Shown: positions 41,957 to 52,800 of the stretch, piece by piece
Position numbering within the stretch: the first letter of the stretch is position 1
Layout: each line of letters begins with the position of its first letter
Assembly: GCA_963705185.1 (NCBI GenBank)
Contig: CAVPJF010000033.1
Span: 538 to 64,537, forward strand
Source of the DNA: an uncultured Bacteroidales bacterium
GTDB taxonomy: Bacteria > Bacteroidota > Bacteroidia > Bacteroidales > JAADJA01
Length of the DNA stretch: 64,000 bases
Reading direction: 5' to 3'
The notes under the pieces: model-generated
What the model was told of the DNA's origin: nothing
Databases searched by the model: none
Seen by the model: the letters and a program-made list of their open reading frames with translations, nothing else
Program-made: the position numbers and the translations under genes

Positions 41957-42697
41957 ATGCGACGGATCCTGATACCTTTAATTATAGTGATGACTGTATC
42001 CTGTAATTTTCAATCACAGCATGGAGAAAACGAAAAACGATCGGATCAAAATGACCATTACAAGGTGATACCATTAGTATTGTCAGAAAGCATGGATAAA
42101 AGAAGGTCAGAGTTTCAGGCCTGCCTGGAGGGAGCATTAAAAAATATAAAGAATTTTGCAGAGAAGAATGGCTGGCAGGATTTGACCACAGAATCCTTTT
42201 TCGACAGTGCGATGATTTTCGACAGCAAGACAGCGTTCAACAGTACTTTGTTAAAACTTGCAGAAGCCGATACATCCATTGAATTACCTGACACTTATTG
42301 TGCTGCCCTGGAAAAACGGACGCTGGTAGCAGTTTCTCCTGAGTTTTATGCACAGGTTTACCCTGAAGGAATTGAAGAAGATTCATACGAAAAGCTTCTC
42401 ACCCACGAAATAGCCCACAGGTTGCATATCAGAATTTTAAATGGCGATGAAGAAGCCATGGGTCCGGTCTGGTTTTATGAAGGATTCGCACTTTTTGCTG
42501 CCGACCAGTTTGAAAAATCCAAGGTTATTCTGGATAAAAATGAAATGATTGAATTGATGAAAGACCCTGAAAGAGGAAGCTATGAAAAGTACAATTACAT
42601 CTTCAGGTATTTCGCAAAAAGAATTGCATTATCAGAGCTAATTGCAAAAGCAAAAGATGATGATTTCAATGACTGGCTGATCTTAAAAATCGATTAA
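41957..42697 (+). CDS. Hypothetical lipoprotein with HExxH zinc-metallopeptidase motif
   Basis: The signal/lipobox is IIVMTVSC. The motif LLTHEIAHRLH is followed by WFYEGFALF. Confidence 0.6.
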   Translation: MRRILIPLIIVMTVSCNFQSQHGENEKRSDQNDHYKVIPLVLSESMDKRRSEFQACLEGALKNIKNFAEKNGWQDLTTESFFDSAMIFDSKTAFNSTLLKLAEADTSIELPDTYCAALEKRTLVAVSPEFYAQVYPEGIEEDSYEKLLTHEIAHRLHIRILNGDEEAMGPVWFYEGFALFAADQFEKSKVILDKNEMIELMKDPERGSYEKYNYIFRYFAKRIALSELIAKAKDDDFNDWLILKID

Positions 42698-42783
42698 AAT
42701 TGACTAAACATTTCTAATGCTTAAACTCAAGGGACAGACAGTCAAATCCCGAAATCCAAAACGAAAACCAATGTTATTCCGGG

Positions 42784-45700
42784 TTAATCCTCTTTCAGAA
42801 ATTCTTCTTTCGTAGTCAGCTTGAAAGGATCGATATTTTCCTTCGCCAATTGGGTATTCAGGTTGGGAATATCAGTTGTCAGAATGGGTTCAAGCTTTGT
42901 TTTCTTTTCAGTAACTTGTTTTGATAATATTTGCAACCTGTCAATATGGTTTTGCGTCGGTCGTCCCTGGTAACCGTTTACAGCGCTGTAAATATCGCCA
43001 ATCTTTTCCCTGAGTTTCTCTTCGCCGGTAATGCCAGAGGTAACGCTGGTTGCTACTAGTTCTTTGTGAAGTGTTTCCATGCTTTCTGACAGGCCTGCAA
43101 GCTTTTTACCTAAGGATTTATTGTTGGCTTTTGCCGATTTTTCTTTAGCCTGGTCGCTGATTTCGGTTACCACTTTATCGGTATAGGCAAGGTCTTCGAG
43201 CAGGTTGTAAGCCTTCATCAGGATTTCGTAACGCTTATCTCGGTCAGCAGCACTATGCGGAATGGTTGGGTCATATACAACTGAGATCGCACCTTCATAA
43301 GACTGATCTCCTTTTATGATTTTAACTGTATATTTTCCCGGAGGATAGGTGGGGCCATACATGGCTTGTGGTGAAAGCAGGGGAGACCTTGGGACCTTTG
43401 GACCCTTCATCTGCATTTGCCAATAAACCCTGTTTAATCCTTTCCTTTTGCCGGCAGGTAATTCCTTGATTTTTTCACCTTTGTCATTGTAAATTTCGAT
43501 GAACATATCTCCAAAAACATGACGCTTTTTAAGGTAATAATTAATAAGTGTTGATCCTGGAGGATTAGAACCTGTAAATTCATCATCACCTGCCCATCCC
43601 TGCTCCCAGTCGAGATACCCGAGCTCAAATGGCCGTGAGTCAAGGAATGCCACATCCTTTTGCAAAATTTCTTCCGAGAGGAGACGCAAGGGGGTGATAT
43701 CGTCAATGATCATAACACCTCTGACCATGAGTCCCGATCACCAGGTCGTTTTCCCTTTCCTGAATTACGAGGTCGCGCACAGGAACTTTGGGCATGTTGC
43801 CTTTAAATTGCGACCAGACCTTGCCGCCATCAATCGAAACGAAGAGCCCGAATTCAGTACCTAAAAATAATAGCTCAGGGTTCACGAGATCTTCTATCAC
43901 TACATGACAAAAACCTTTGATGTTTTCATCAGCGATCGAAACCCAGGTTTGGCCGTAATCCATGGTTTTGAAAACATATGGTTTCATGTCACCCGTCATG
44001 TGCCCGTCGAAAGTAACATAGCAAGCTCCCCTGTCGAACCGTGAAGGATAAACATAACTTACCCATGTATTGGCAGGCAGACCCTGAATATTGGTAACCA
44101 CATTCGTCCAGGTTTTGCCTCCATCTTTTGTGATCTGTAGGTTGCCATCATCCGTACCAACCCAGATCACATTTGGATCAAGCGCAGATTCACCGATTGT
44201 ATAAATGGTACAATGGTTTTCGGCTGTTGTGTTGTCAATGGTTACCCCGCCTGTTTCCAATTGTTTTAATTTTTCGGGATTGTTTGTTGTTAAGTCGGGT
44301 GAAATTCTTTCCCAGACGTCGCCTTTAGATGTAGTTCTATATAAATACTGCGCACCGACATACATTGCATCTCTGGTTGGACTGAAGACAACCGGTGTAT
44401 TCCAGTGAAACCGCAATTCAGTTTCTCCTTCTTTGGCAAAAGGTTTAATTTCTTTGGTTTCGCGTGTATTCATTGTTTTTCGCATGATATTACCTCCCTG
44501 GTATTGCCAGTAAATAATGTTTTCATCATATTTATCAGGGAATACATAAAATCCGTCTCCACCACCCACATTGCTCCAATCCCGGTTTTCGATTCCTCCG
44601 GGACTTTTAGATGGCGCCATCCATGAACCGTTATCCTGCAGTCCTCCATAGACATTGTAAGGTTTTTTATTATCCGCTGTTACATGATAAAACTGCGAAA
44701 CAGGCAGGTTTCGGATGAACCGCCATGAGCTTCCCCGGTCATTTGAAACATACAGTCCGCCATCTGTTCCAACATACATCAGGCTCGGATCTTTTTTACT
44801 GATCCAAATAGGATGAATATCGCTATGGACATTCCCTCCGGCAACATAGGTAGCCTTGAAAGTCTTTCCGCCATCTTCGCTATAACTCAGGTAATAACCA
44901 GGTTTGTAAACCCGGTTTGTGTCCACCGGATCGGCAAGTAAAAATGAGAAGTAAAACGGACGGGCCCCTAAATCAGGATTATCATTCATTTTCGTCCAGG
45001 TAATTCCTTTGTTATCCGAACGGTACAATGCAGATTTTTCAGATTCTATAACAGCAAAAACAATTTCCGGGTTAGCAGGTGAAACGCTCAATGCAATCCG
45101 CCCAATGGTTCCGGATGGCAGACCTTCAGTCGCTTTAGACCAGTTTGTTCCCCCATCCCGGCTGATGTAGAGTCCGCTTCCAGGTCCACCGGAGTTGAAG
45201 AAATAAGGATACCTCCTGAACTGCCACATGGCTGCGTAAAGGATTTCAGGATTTTCCGGATCAATCGCCAAATCAGAGCAGCCTGTGCTGTCATTTATGT
45301 AGAGGATTTTTTGCCAGGTTGCGCCACCATCACTGGTTTTAAACACACCCCTCTCTTCATTGTTGTTCCAGAGATGACCCAAAGCTGCAACATAAACCAC
45401 ATTCGGATCTTTGGGATGAATGATAATCTTCCCGATTCGTTCAGTGTTTTCAAGTCCAGCTTTTTTCCAGTTTTCTCCGCCGTCAGTAGTTTTATAAATC
45501 CCATCGCCCACCGAGGTGCTGTTTCTTACCCATGTTTCGCCTGTACCAACCCAAACCGTGTCGGGCCTCTCCTGGTCAATGGTAACGGCTCCTATGCTTT
45601 GATTGTATTTATCAAAGATGGGTTTGAAAATAACTCCGCCGTTTGTCGTTTTCCAAAGTCCACCACTGGCGCTGCCCGCATAAATGATTCGTGGGTCTTT

Positions 45701-45877
45701 TTGAACAGCATCCAATGAAGCAATCCTGCCGCTCATGGCAGCAGGACCTATGTGGCGAACCTCAATGGCACCGAATGTGTTTTCGTCTACCTTGATTTCG
45801 CTTTCGGTCTGTGAAATGGTATGATTAGTCACGCATATAAATGCAAAATAGGATAAAACTAAACCTGGTCTTTTCAT
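42784..45877 (-). pseudogene. BNR/Asp-box (sortilin/VPS10-like) beta-propeller protein, about 1030 aa; 1 frameshift as assembled
   Basis: Repeated Asp-box units: KTTNGGVIF, KTTDGGENW, KTSDGGATW, SRDGGTNW, SEDGGKTF, SNDRGSSW, TKDGGKTW and SIDGGKVW. The break lies near 43715, where the sequence reads THG|RGVMIIDD. Confidence 0.8.
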
Positions 45878-45961
45878 GGCTTTTTGAATGATAAATTTTT
45901 AAATGGAGAATGTAAACTATATCAAAGTTAAATATTCAAATTTTTATTTTGATTTAGTTGG

Positions 45962-46699
45962 CTATTTTTCTGCAGGGACTTCTTGTTTTGCAGGCATAGT
46001 AAAGATTGCCGGATCGATTTCAGGATTCAGCTCAACGGTTTCAATGTTGATCTGGCTCATCGTTTGACCGTTGGTTTTACTTTCGAAACTGTAGGCCATT
46101 AGCATGCCTTCAAATTCCTTATAGTTGCTGTAAAAGGTTTCGCTTTCTATTTCAGATTCTCCCATTTTTACTTTTGAGGAAGTTTTTAACAAGACGAAAT
46201 TCTCAGCGTCAATGAAATAATAGTAAATATCACCATCCTTATCGGTCTGTTTAATTTTGAAGACCTCTGTCCCTTCCATATCCTCCTTGCCCAGCAATTC
46301 GGTGGTATAACCCTTTTCCGCATAGTTATAGAGCATGCCATCCATATTGGCTTGTTGCTTTATCGACTTCAATTGTACACCTGAAATTTCTATAGGATCC
46401 AAACTGCCTGTCCATGGAGCAACAAACCATCCCTTTTCGCCATCAAAAGCCTGAATCATTTTGGCTCCCTGAATGTCGACTTCAAGCTTGAATTTTTCGG
46501 GTCGCTGGGTGAAAATGTTAAAATCGAGTTCCATACCCTGAGCGATTGTTTTACCTGTCGTTTTCATGGAATTGACAGAAGTCAATTTATCCTGACCAAT
46601 CGCTTTGAAATGGGAATTCAAGACTTCAGTCAGATCCTGCGACATAACAAAAGAACAAAGAGCTGAGAAGATAAAAATAAGGCTGATTGATTTTTTCAT
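45962..46699 (-). CDS. LolA-like outer-membrane lipoprotein-sorting family protein
   Basis: It has a signal peptide. The sequence VLNSHFKAIGQDKL...MKTTGK...QRPEKFKLEV...DGEKGW resembles the family pattern. The call is tentative. Confidence 0.55.
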   Translation of the reverse strand: MKKSISLIFIFSALCSFVMSQDLTEVLNSHFKAIGQDKLTSVNSMKTTGKTIAQGMELDFNIFTQRPEKFKLEVDIQGAKMIQAFDGEKGWFVAPWTGSLDPIEISGVQLKSIKQQANMDGMLYNYAEKGYTTELLGKEDMEGTEVFKIKQTDKDGDIYYYFIDAENFVLLKTSSKVKMGESEIESETFYSNYKEFEGMLMAYSFESKTNGQTMSQINIETVELNPEIDPAIFTMPAKQEVPAEK

Positions 46700-46933
46700 A
46701 GCGTATTATTTTAAATGTTTGATTTTATGGAACAAACTTAAACAAAAAAAGTTAAGGCAATTGTTAAATAATTATAAATAAATTGTGAACTCGCAGGATT
46801 TTGATGCTAAAAACCATTGATGAGAGATTATTTGGGTTAGTTCAATGATATTAAAAAGTGAGGATAATTTTTTTTAGTTATTTAAGTATTTATTCGTAAA
46901 ATTGCACCCGTTTTAAAAACCGCATTTATTCAA

Positions 46934-48019
46934 ATGATCATTAATTACGGTCTGTTAGTTAGAAGGCTTTTGGCAACAGTGATTGCCGGGATTCTCATTT
47001 TTACTTTTAAGGTAGCAGGCGCCTCCGAAAATGATACAGCTTCCAGTCACCAGGAATCGGAATTCAATCCCGGTACGATGATCATCGAACACATAACCGA
47101 CGCTCACGAATGGCATATTCTTACCCTGGGTAAAACCCACGTTTCCATTCCACTGCCTGTAATTCTTTATTCAAATGGTAAACTTGATGTCTTTCTGTCA
47201 AGTAAATTTCATCATGGACATGATGCTTATAAAGGATACAGGCTTGAGGCTGAAGGCGAGAATAAAGGTAAGATAGTTAATGAAGAGACCGGTGAACTTC
47301 CTTTGGATCTGTCGATCACAAAAAATATTGCCTCCATGCTGATCAGCATGGTGCTGATTGTAATTATATTTGTTTCGGTAGGAAAATCTTATGTGCGACG
47401 GAAAGGCCAGGCTCCAAAGGGTTTGCAGTCGTTTCTGGAACCATTAATTCTTTTTATCCGCGATGATGTGGCAAAGACCTCGATTGGAGAGAAAAAATAT
47501 GAAAAGTTTTTACCCTACCTGCTAACCATTTTTTTCTTTATTTTCTTTAATAATCTGCTGGGATTGGTCCCATTTTTTCCGGGAGGCGTTAACCTGACCG
47601 GAAACATAGGAGTCACCATGGTAATGGCTTTATTCACCTTTATTATAACTTCATTTAGCGCAAATAAAAATTATTGGGTCCATATTGTGAATACTCCGGG
47701 TGTGCCCTGGTGGCTGAAAATTCCGGTGCCTTTGATGCCGATAGTTGAACTCATGGGAGTCTTCACAAAACCATTTGTTCTCATGGTCCGTCTTTTTGCC
47801 AACATTACCGCCGGACACATCATTGTGCTTGGCTTTATGAGTTTGATCTTTATTTTTGGAAATATGAACCCGGCCATTGGATATGGTGTTTCAGTAGTTT
47901 CGGTGGCTTTTGCAGTATTCATGGGGTTGCTTGAGCTGCTGGTTGCTTTTATCCAGGCTTATGTTTTTACCTTGTTGTCAGCGCTTTATTTTGGAATGGC
48001 AACGGAGGAGCATCACTAA
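46934..48019 (+). CDS. atpB: F0F1 ATP synthase subunit a
   Basis: The C-terminal core is LMVRLFANITAGHIIV...ELLVAFIQAYVFTLLSALY. It has the long N-terminal extension typical of Bacteroidota. Confidence 0.92.
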   Translation: MIINYGLLVRRLLATVIAGILIFTFKVAGASENDTASSHQESEFNPGTMIIEHITDAHEWHILTLGKTHVSIPLPVILYSNGKLDVFLSSKFHHGHDAYKGYRLEAEGENKGKIVNEETGELPLDLSITKNIASMLISMVLIVIIFVSVGKSYVRRKGQAPKGLQSFLEPLILFIRDDVAKTSIGEKKYEKFLPYLLTIFFFIFFNNLLGLVPFFPGGVNLTGNIGVTMVMALFTFIITSFSANKNYWVHIVNTPGVPWWLKIPVPLMPIVELMGVFTKPFVLMVRLFANITAGHIIVLGFMSLIFIFGNMNPAIGYGVSVVSVAFAVFMGLLELLVAFIQAYVFTLLSALYFGMATEEHH

Positions 48020-48071
48020 ACAAGTAAAAAGTTAAAAGTAATAAAGTTTTGGTTTTTTAATTAATATTTAG

Positions 48072-48323
<252 letters not shown>

Positions 48324-48421
48324 CAGCAACATACAACCTTTACATCATAGCGGTTGGCTGTGGTGTAAAGGTTTATTATTTGAACTTTATAATTCAGGAA
48401 ACCATTATAAAAACATAGAAA

Positions 48422-48916
48422 ATGGAACTTGTACAACCCGGAATAGGCCTCATTATTTGGATGACCATTGCATTCTCCCTGTTGCTTTGGATACTGGCAA
48501 AATTCGCCTGGAAACCGATCATGAAGGGTCTGAAGGAACGTGAGCAAACTATTGAAGAAGCTTTAAATACAGCCAACAAGGCTCGTGAAGAAATGAAAGA
48601 ACTGAAGTTTACCAACGAGCAATTGCTCAAAGAAGCGAAAGAAGAGCGTGATCTTATTCTCAGGGATGCCCGAAAGGTAAAAGAATCAATCATTGATGCT
48701 GCAAGGATCAAAGCCAACGAAGAGGGAAACCGCATCATTGAAAATGCAAGGGAAGCAATAAAAAACGAGAAGCTGGCTGCCATTCATGATATGAAAAACC
48801 AGCTTGCACTTCTTTCAATAGAAATTGCGGAAAAGATCGTTAAGCAGGAATTATCCGGTAAAGACAAACAAAAGGATTTTATTCAGCGGCTGATCGATGA
48901 AGTCAATGTGAATTGA
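48422..48916 (+). CDS. atpF: F0F1 ATP synthase subunit b
   Basis: It has an N-terminal TM and a long charged helix (KPIMKGLKEREQTIEEAL...). Its operon position supports the call. Confidence 0.88.
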   Translation: MELVQPGIGLIIWMTIAFSLLLWILAKFAWKPIMKGLKEREQTIEEALNTANKAREEMKELKFTNEQLLKEAKEERDLILRDARKVKESIIDAARIKANEEGNRIIENAREAIKNEKLAAIHDMKNQLALLSIEIAEKIVKQELSGKDKQKDFIQRLIDEVNVN

Positions 48917-48940
48917 TTCGCTGAAAACTGAAATTAAGAA

Positions 48941-49498
48941 ATGAACGAAACGAAGATAGCCGGCAGGTACGCAAAGGCATTGTTTGATTTAACCCTTGAA
49001 CTGGATTTGGTTGAAAAGGTAAAAGCTGACGCCATTCAAATCCATGAATTATGCGCTGCAAGCAAGGATTTTATTACAATGCTCCGCAGCCCGGTGATCA
49101 GGGCAGATAAAAAATCATTGGTTATCAAAGAAATTTTCAAGCAGCATATTCAGGAAATCACGCTCAATTTTATATTGATCATTACCCGCAACCGGAGGGA
49201 AAGACTGATTCCTGAAATTTTTCTGCAATTCATTGAATTATACAAAATATATAAGAATATCATCACCGTCGAAATCACTACTGCTTATCAGATGGATGAG
49301 TCAATTCGGACAAAGATTTTGACTTTGCTTGAAAAAAGGGCAAATGCGGAAGTGGATCTGAAAGAAAAAATAGATGAAGAGATCATTGGCGGATTTGTTC
49401 TTTCATACGAAGATAAGCAATATGATGCAAGTATCTTGAGGCAAATCAAGAATTTGCGTCGTGAGTTTGATATAAATTTATACGTCAAAGGATTTTAA
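48941..49498 (+). CDS. atpH: F0F1 ATP synthase subunit delta
   Basis: The sequence reads IAGRYAKALFDL...GGFVLSYEDKQYDASI. Its operon position supports the call. Confidence 0.88.
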   Translation: MNETKIAGRYAKALFDLTLELDLVEKVKADAIQIHELCAASKDFITMLRSPVIRADKKSLVIKEIFKQHIQEITLNFILIITRNRRERLIPEIFLQFIELYKIYKNIITVEITTAYQMDESIRTKILTLLEKRANAEVDLKEKIDEEIIGGFVLSYEDKQYDASILRQIKNLRREFDINLYVKGF

Positions 49499-49519
49499 AC
49501 GAATAACAAATTACCAAAC

Positions 49520-51104
49520 ATGGCAGAAATTAAACCATCGGAAGTATCAGCGATATTGCGGCAGCAGTTGTCGGGTTTTAAAGATGCAGCAAAGCTTGAG
49601 GAAGTTGGAACCGTATTGCAAATCGGCGACGGCATTGCCCGTATTTATGGATTGAACAATGCGCAGTCAGGCGAGCTGATCGAGTTTGAAAAAACCGGTT
49701 TGAAAGGCATTGTGCTCAATCTTGAACAGGACAATGTTGGCGCTGTATTATTAGGTGAGGCGCATGATATACTCGAAGGGGATAAAGTTAAACGAACCGG
49801 AAAAATTGCATCCATAAGAGTTGGCGAAGGATTAATCGGAAGGGTTATCAACACATTAGGTGAGCCAATTGATGGGAAAGGTGAGATTAAAAGGAACAAT
49901 GGTAGAAATGCCACTTGAGCGCAAAGCTCCGGGTGTTATTTTCCGCCAGCCGGTAAATGAGCCGCTTCAGACAGGTATCAAGGCAATTGATGCCATGATC
50001 CCAATCGGCCGTGGCCAGCGTGAATTGATCATCGGCGACCGTCAAACCGGAAAAACAGCCATTGCCATCGATACCATCATCAACCAGAAAGAAGTTTTGA
50101 AAAGGGAAAACCGGTATTTTGTATTTATGTGGCCATCGGACAAAAAGGATCTACCGTTGCCAACATTGTAAAAACACTTGAAGACAATGGTGCTATGGCT
50201 TACACTATTATCGTCATGGCGACGGCTTCCGATCCTGCAGCTATGCAGTTTTATGCTCCTTTTGCCGGCGCTGCTATCGGTGAATTTTTCAGGGATACCG
50301 GAAGACCTGCACTGGTAATTTATGACGATTTATCAAAACAAGCTGTTGCTTACCGCGAAGTCTCATTGTTACTTCGCCGTCCTCCGGGACGTGAAGCTTA
50401 TCCGGGTGATGTCTTCTATCTCCATTCACGGTTGCTTGAAAGGGCTGCCAAGATCATCGAGTCGAATGAAATGGCTAGCAAAAATGAATGACCTGCCCGA
50501 ATCGCTTAAACACCTGGTAAAAGGAGGTGGTTCTCTAACGGCTTTGCCCATTATTGAAACACAGGCAGGCGACGTTTCAGCTTATATTCCGACAAATGTG
50601 ATTTCCATTACCGATGGTCAGATATTTCTCGAAACCACCTTATTCAATTCCGGGATTCGCCCCGCCATTAACGTTGGTATTTCGGTATCCCGTGTAGGAG
50701 GAAATGCACAGATCAAGTCGATGAAGAAAGTGGCAGGAACCCTGAAACTTGACCAGGCTCAGTTCCGTGAACTGGAAGCGTTCTCCAAATTCGGTTCCGA
50801 CCTGGATGCAGCTACACTGGCTGTTCTGGATAAAGGAAGGAGAAATGTTGAGATTTTAAAACAACCGCAATATTCACCCATGACGGTTGAAAAACAGGTT
50901 GCGATTATTTATTGTGGTACCAAAGGATTGGTGAAGAAAGTTCCGGTAAATAAAATTCATGATTTCGAAGAATTCTTTTTGCATGAACTGGAAGAAAAAC
51001 ATAAGGATGTCCTCGAAAAATTAAGACAAGGACAATTACCGGACGAAGTATTAAAAACGCTTGAACAGGTTGCATCAGAAGTAGCCAAAAAATTCGAGGT
51101 ATAA
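49520..51104 (+). pseudogene. atpA: F0F1 ATP synthase subunit alpha; 3 frameshifts as assembled
   Basis: There are four overlapping pieces. The P-loop GDRQTGKT is present, along with [25 protein letters not shown] and [26 protein letters not shown]. Breaks lie at ATTAAAAGG (about 49890), GTTTTGAAAAGGG (about 50095) and GCAAAAATG (about 50480), all in A/T runs. Confidence 0.9.
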
Positions 51105-51139
51105 ATCCTAAATCGTAATTCTTAAAAATCGTAAATCAA
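51103..51139. repeat. AAATCGT heptad tract in the atpA-atpG spacer
   Basis: The tract reads AAATCCT AAATCGT AATTCTT AAAAATCGT AAATCAA. The first unit overlaps the atpA stop codon. It uses the same unit and lies on the same genomic strand as the tract at 28717-28758. Confidence 0.8.
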
Positions 51140-51142
51140 GCA

Positions 51143-52033
51143 GTGGCTAATTTAAAAGAAGTCAGGATAAGGATAGCATCGGTCAAATCGACACAGCAGA
51201 TTACCAGTGCCATGAAAATGGTGGCGGCATCCAAACTGCGAAAAGCACAAACAGCTATAATCAAGTTGCGACCCTATGCTGCAAAATTGCAGGAATTCCT
51301 TCAAAACCTTTCCGTGAGCCTGGATGCAGGGGATACAAGCAGTGTCTATTCAGTTCAGCGTCATCCTGAAAAGGTTTTACTGGTTGTTATTTCTTCGAAC
51401 CGTGGATTATGCGGTGCATTCAATGCGAATGTGATTAAAATGGCCAACAACCTGATGGCAGATAAATATGCTTCTCAGGATCAGAAAGGAAATGTGAGCC
51501 TTATGACCATCGGAAAAAAGGCAACTGAATTTTACCGGAGAAAGAATTACAAGGTAATCGAATCACACGATGATGTTTTCAATCATCTTACTTTCGAAAA
51601 TGTTTCAGTCATTGCAGAGAATGTAATGAACCTGTTTTCGAATAAAAGCTTTGACCGGATTGAAATAATTTACAACCAGTTTAAAAATGCTGCTACGCAG
51701 AAACTCTTGACCGAACAGTTTTTACCTGTATTGCCTCCTGCAAAGGATGAAACGAGAAAGAAGAACTCAAAGGTGGATTACATCTTTGAACCCAGCAAAG
51801 AGGAGATTGTTCTGGACCTGATTCCAAAATCGCTGAAGATACAATTCTATAAAGCCCTGCTCGATTCATATGCTTCGGAACACGGAGCGCGGATGACGGC
51901 AATGCACCAGGCAACAGATAATGCCCAGGAACTTCTCAAGGATCTTAAACTTGCCTATAACAAAGCAAGACAGGCTTCCATTACCGGCGAAATTCTTGAG
52001 ATTGTTGGCGGAGCAGAAGCTTTGAAAGGATAA
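51143..52033 (+). CDS. atpG: F0F1 ATP synthase subunit gamma (GTG start)
   Basis: The sequence reads ANLKEVRIRIASVKSTQQITSAMKMVAASKLRKAQ...ITGEILEIVGGAEAL. Confidence 0.92.
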   Translation: MANLKEVRIRIASVKSTQQITSAMKMVAASKLRKAQTAIIKLRPYAAKLQEFLQNLSVSLDAGDTSSVYSVQRHPEKVLLVVISSNRGLCGAFNANVIKMANNLMADKYASQDQKGNVSLMTIGKKATEFYRRKNYKVIESHDDVFNHLTFENVSVIAENVMNLFSNKSFDRIEIIYNQFKNAATQKLLTEQFLPVLPPAKDETRKKNSKVDYIFEPSKEEIVLDLIPKSLKIQFYKALLDSYASEHGARMTAMHQATDNAQELLKDLKLAYNKARQASITGEILEIVGGAEALKG

Positions 52034-52054
52034 GGTTTTATCTCGAAGATATAC

Positions 52055-52090
52055 AATCCTGTCAGGCAGTTTCCCGGCAGGATTTTTTAT
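52055..52090 (+). terminator. Rho-independent terminator after atpG
   Basis: The stem is AATCCTG (52055-52061) / CAGGATT (52078-52084). It is followed by TTTTTATTTT. Confidence 0.65.
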
Positions 52091-52151
52091 TTTCCTGGAA
52101 TCAAAGTTGAATAATTTTGAACAATTTGAAAGAATGTCCTGTTGATTGTTG

Positions 52152-52159
52152 TATATTTG
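52152..52159 (+). promoter_or_regulatory. Candidate -7 box (TATATTTG) for the ferritin gene
   Basis: It matches TAnnTTTG, lies 38 nt upstream of the ATG and sits inside the inverted repeat GTTGA(52141)...TCAAC(52164). Confidence 0.4.
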
Positions 52160-52196
52160 TCAACTGATTAATGTTACACAATAAAAACGATAAAAT

Positions 52197-52715
52197 ATGA
52201 TCTCAAAAAAAGTTGAAAAGGTTATCATCAAGCAGATACAGAACGAGGAACAATCCTCCAGGATTTATATGGCCATGGCCTCATGGTGCGAAGTGAACGG
52301 ATTTCCCGGCGCTGCAAAGTTTTTGTATGCCCATTCGGATGAGGAGCGATTGCATATGACCAAACTAATCAAATACCTGAACGATAAAGGCGGTTATGCT
52401 ACACTCCAGAGTCTTGAAATGCCTGATAATAAATACAAATCATTGCTGGAGATTTTCGAGAAAATCCTGAAGCACGAGCAATTCATCACACAGTCCATCA
52501 ATAATCTCTATGAAACTGCCTTTACTGAAAAGGATTATACTACTGGTCAATTTCTGCAGTGGTATATCATGGAGCAGATTGAAGAAGAAAGCATGTTCAA
52601 AGGTATTCTCGATAAATTCAGGTTGGCCGGAAATGAAAAAGGCGGCTTATTTATGCTGGATAAGGAACTGGATGCGCTTGGCACAGCAAAACTTGCGACC
52701 GGAGCACCAGCTTAA
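52197..52715 (+). CDS. ftnA: Non-haem ferritin
   Basis: The sequence reads QIQNEEQSSRIYMAMASWCE...AAKFLYAHSDEERLHMTKLIKYL...EQIEEE. Confidence 0.88.
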   Translation: MISKKVEKVIIKQIQNEEQSSRIYMAMASWCEVNGFPGAAKFLYAHSDEERLHMTKLIKYLNDKGGYATLQSLEMPDNKYKSLLEIFEKILKHEQFITQSINNLYETAFTEKDYTTGQFLQWYIMEQIEEESMFKGILDKFRLAGNEKGGLFMLDKELDALGTAKLATGAPA

Positions 52716-52745
52716 AGCAATAATAATTTCTAGTAGTACAAAGTA

Positions 52746-52775
52746 GAACCCCTGCTACGCCGGGGGTTTTTTATT
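52746..52775 (+). terminator. Rho-independent terminator after the ferritin gene
   Basis: GAACCCC...GGGGGTT is followed by TTTTTATTT, about 30 nt past the stop codon. Confidence 0.65.
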
Positions 52776-52800
52776 TCAAAACCTCTGATTATTATTTAGG

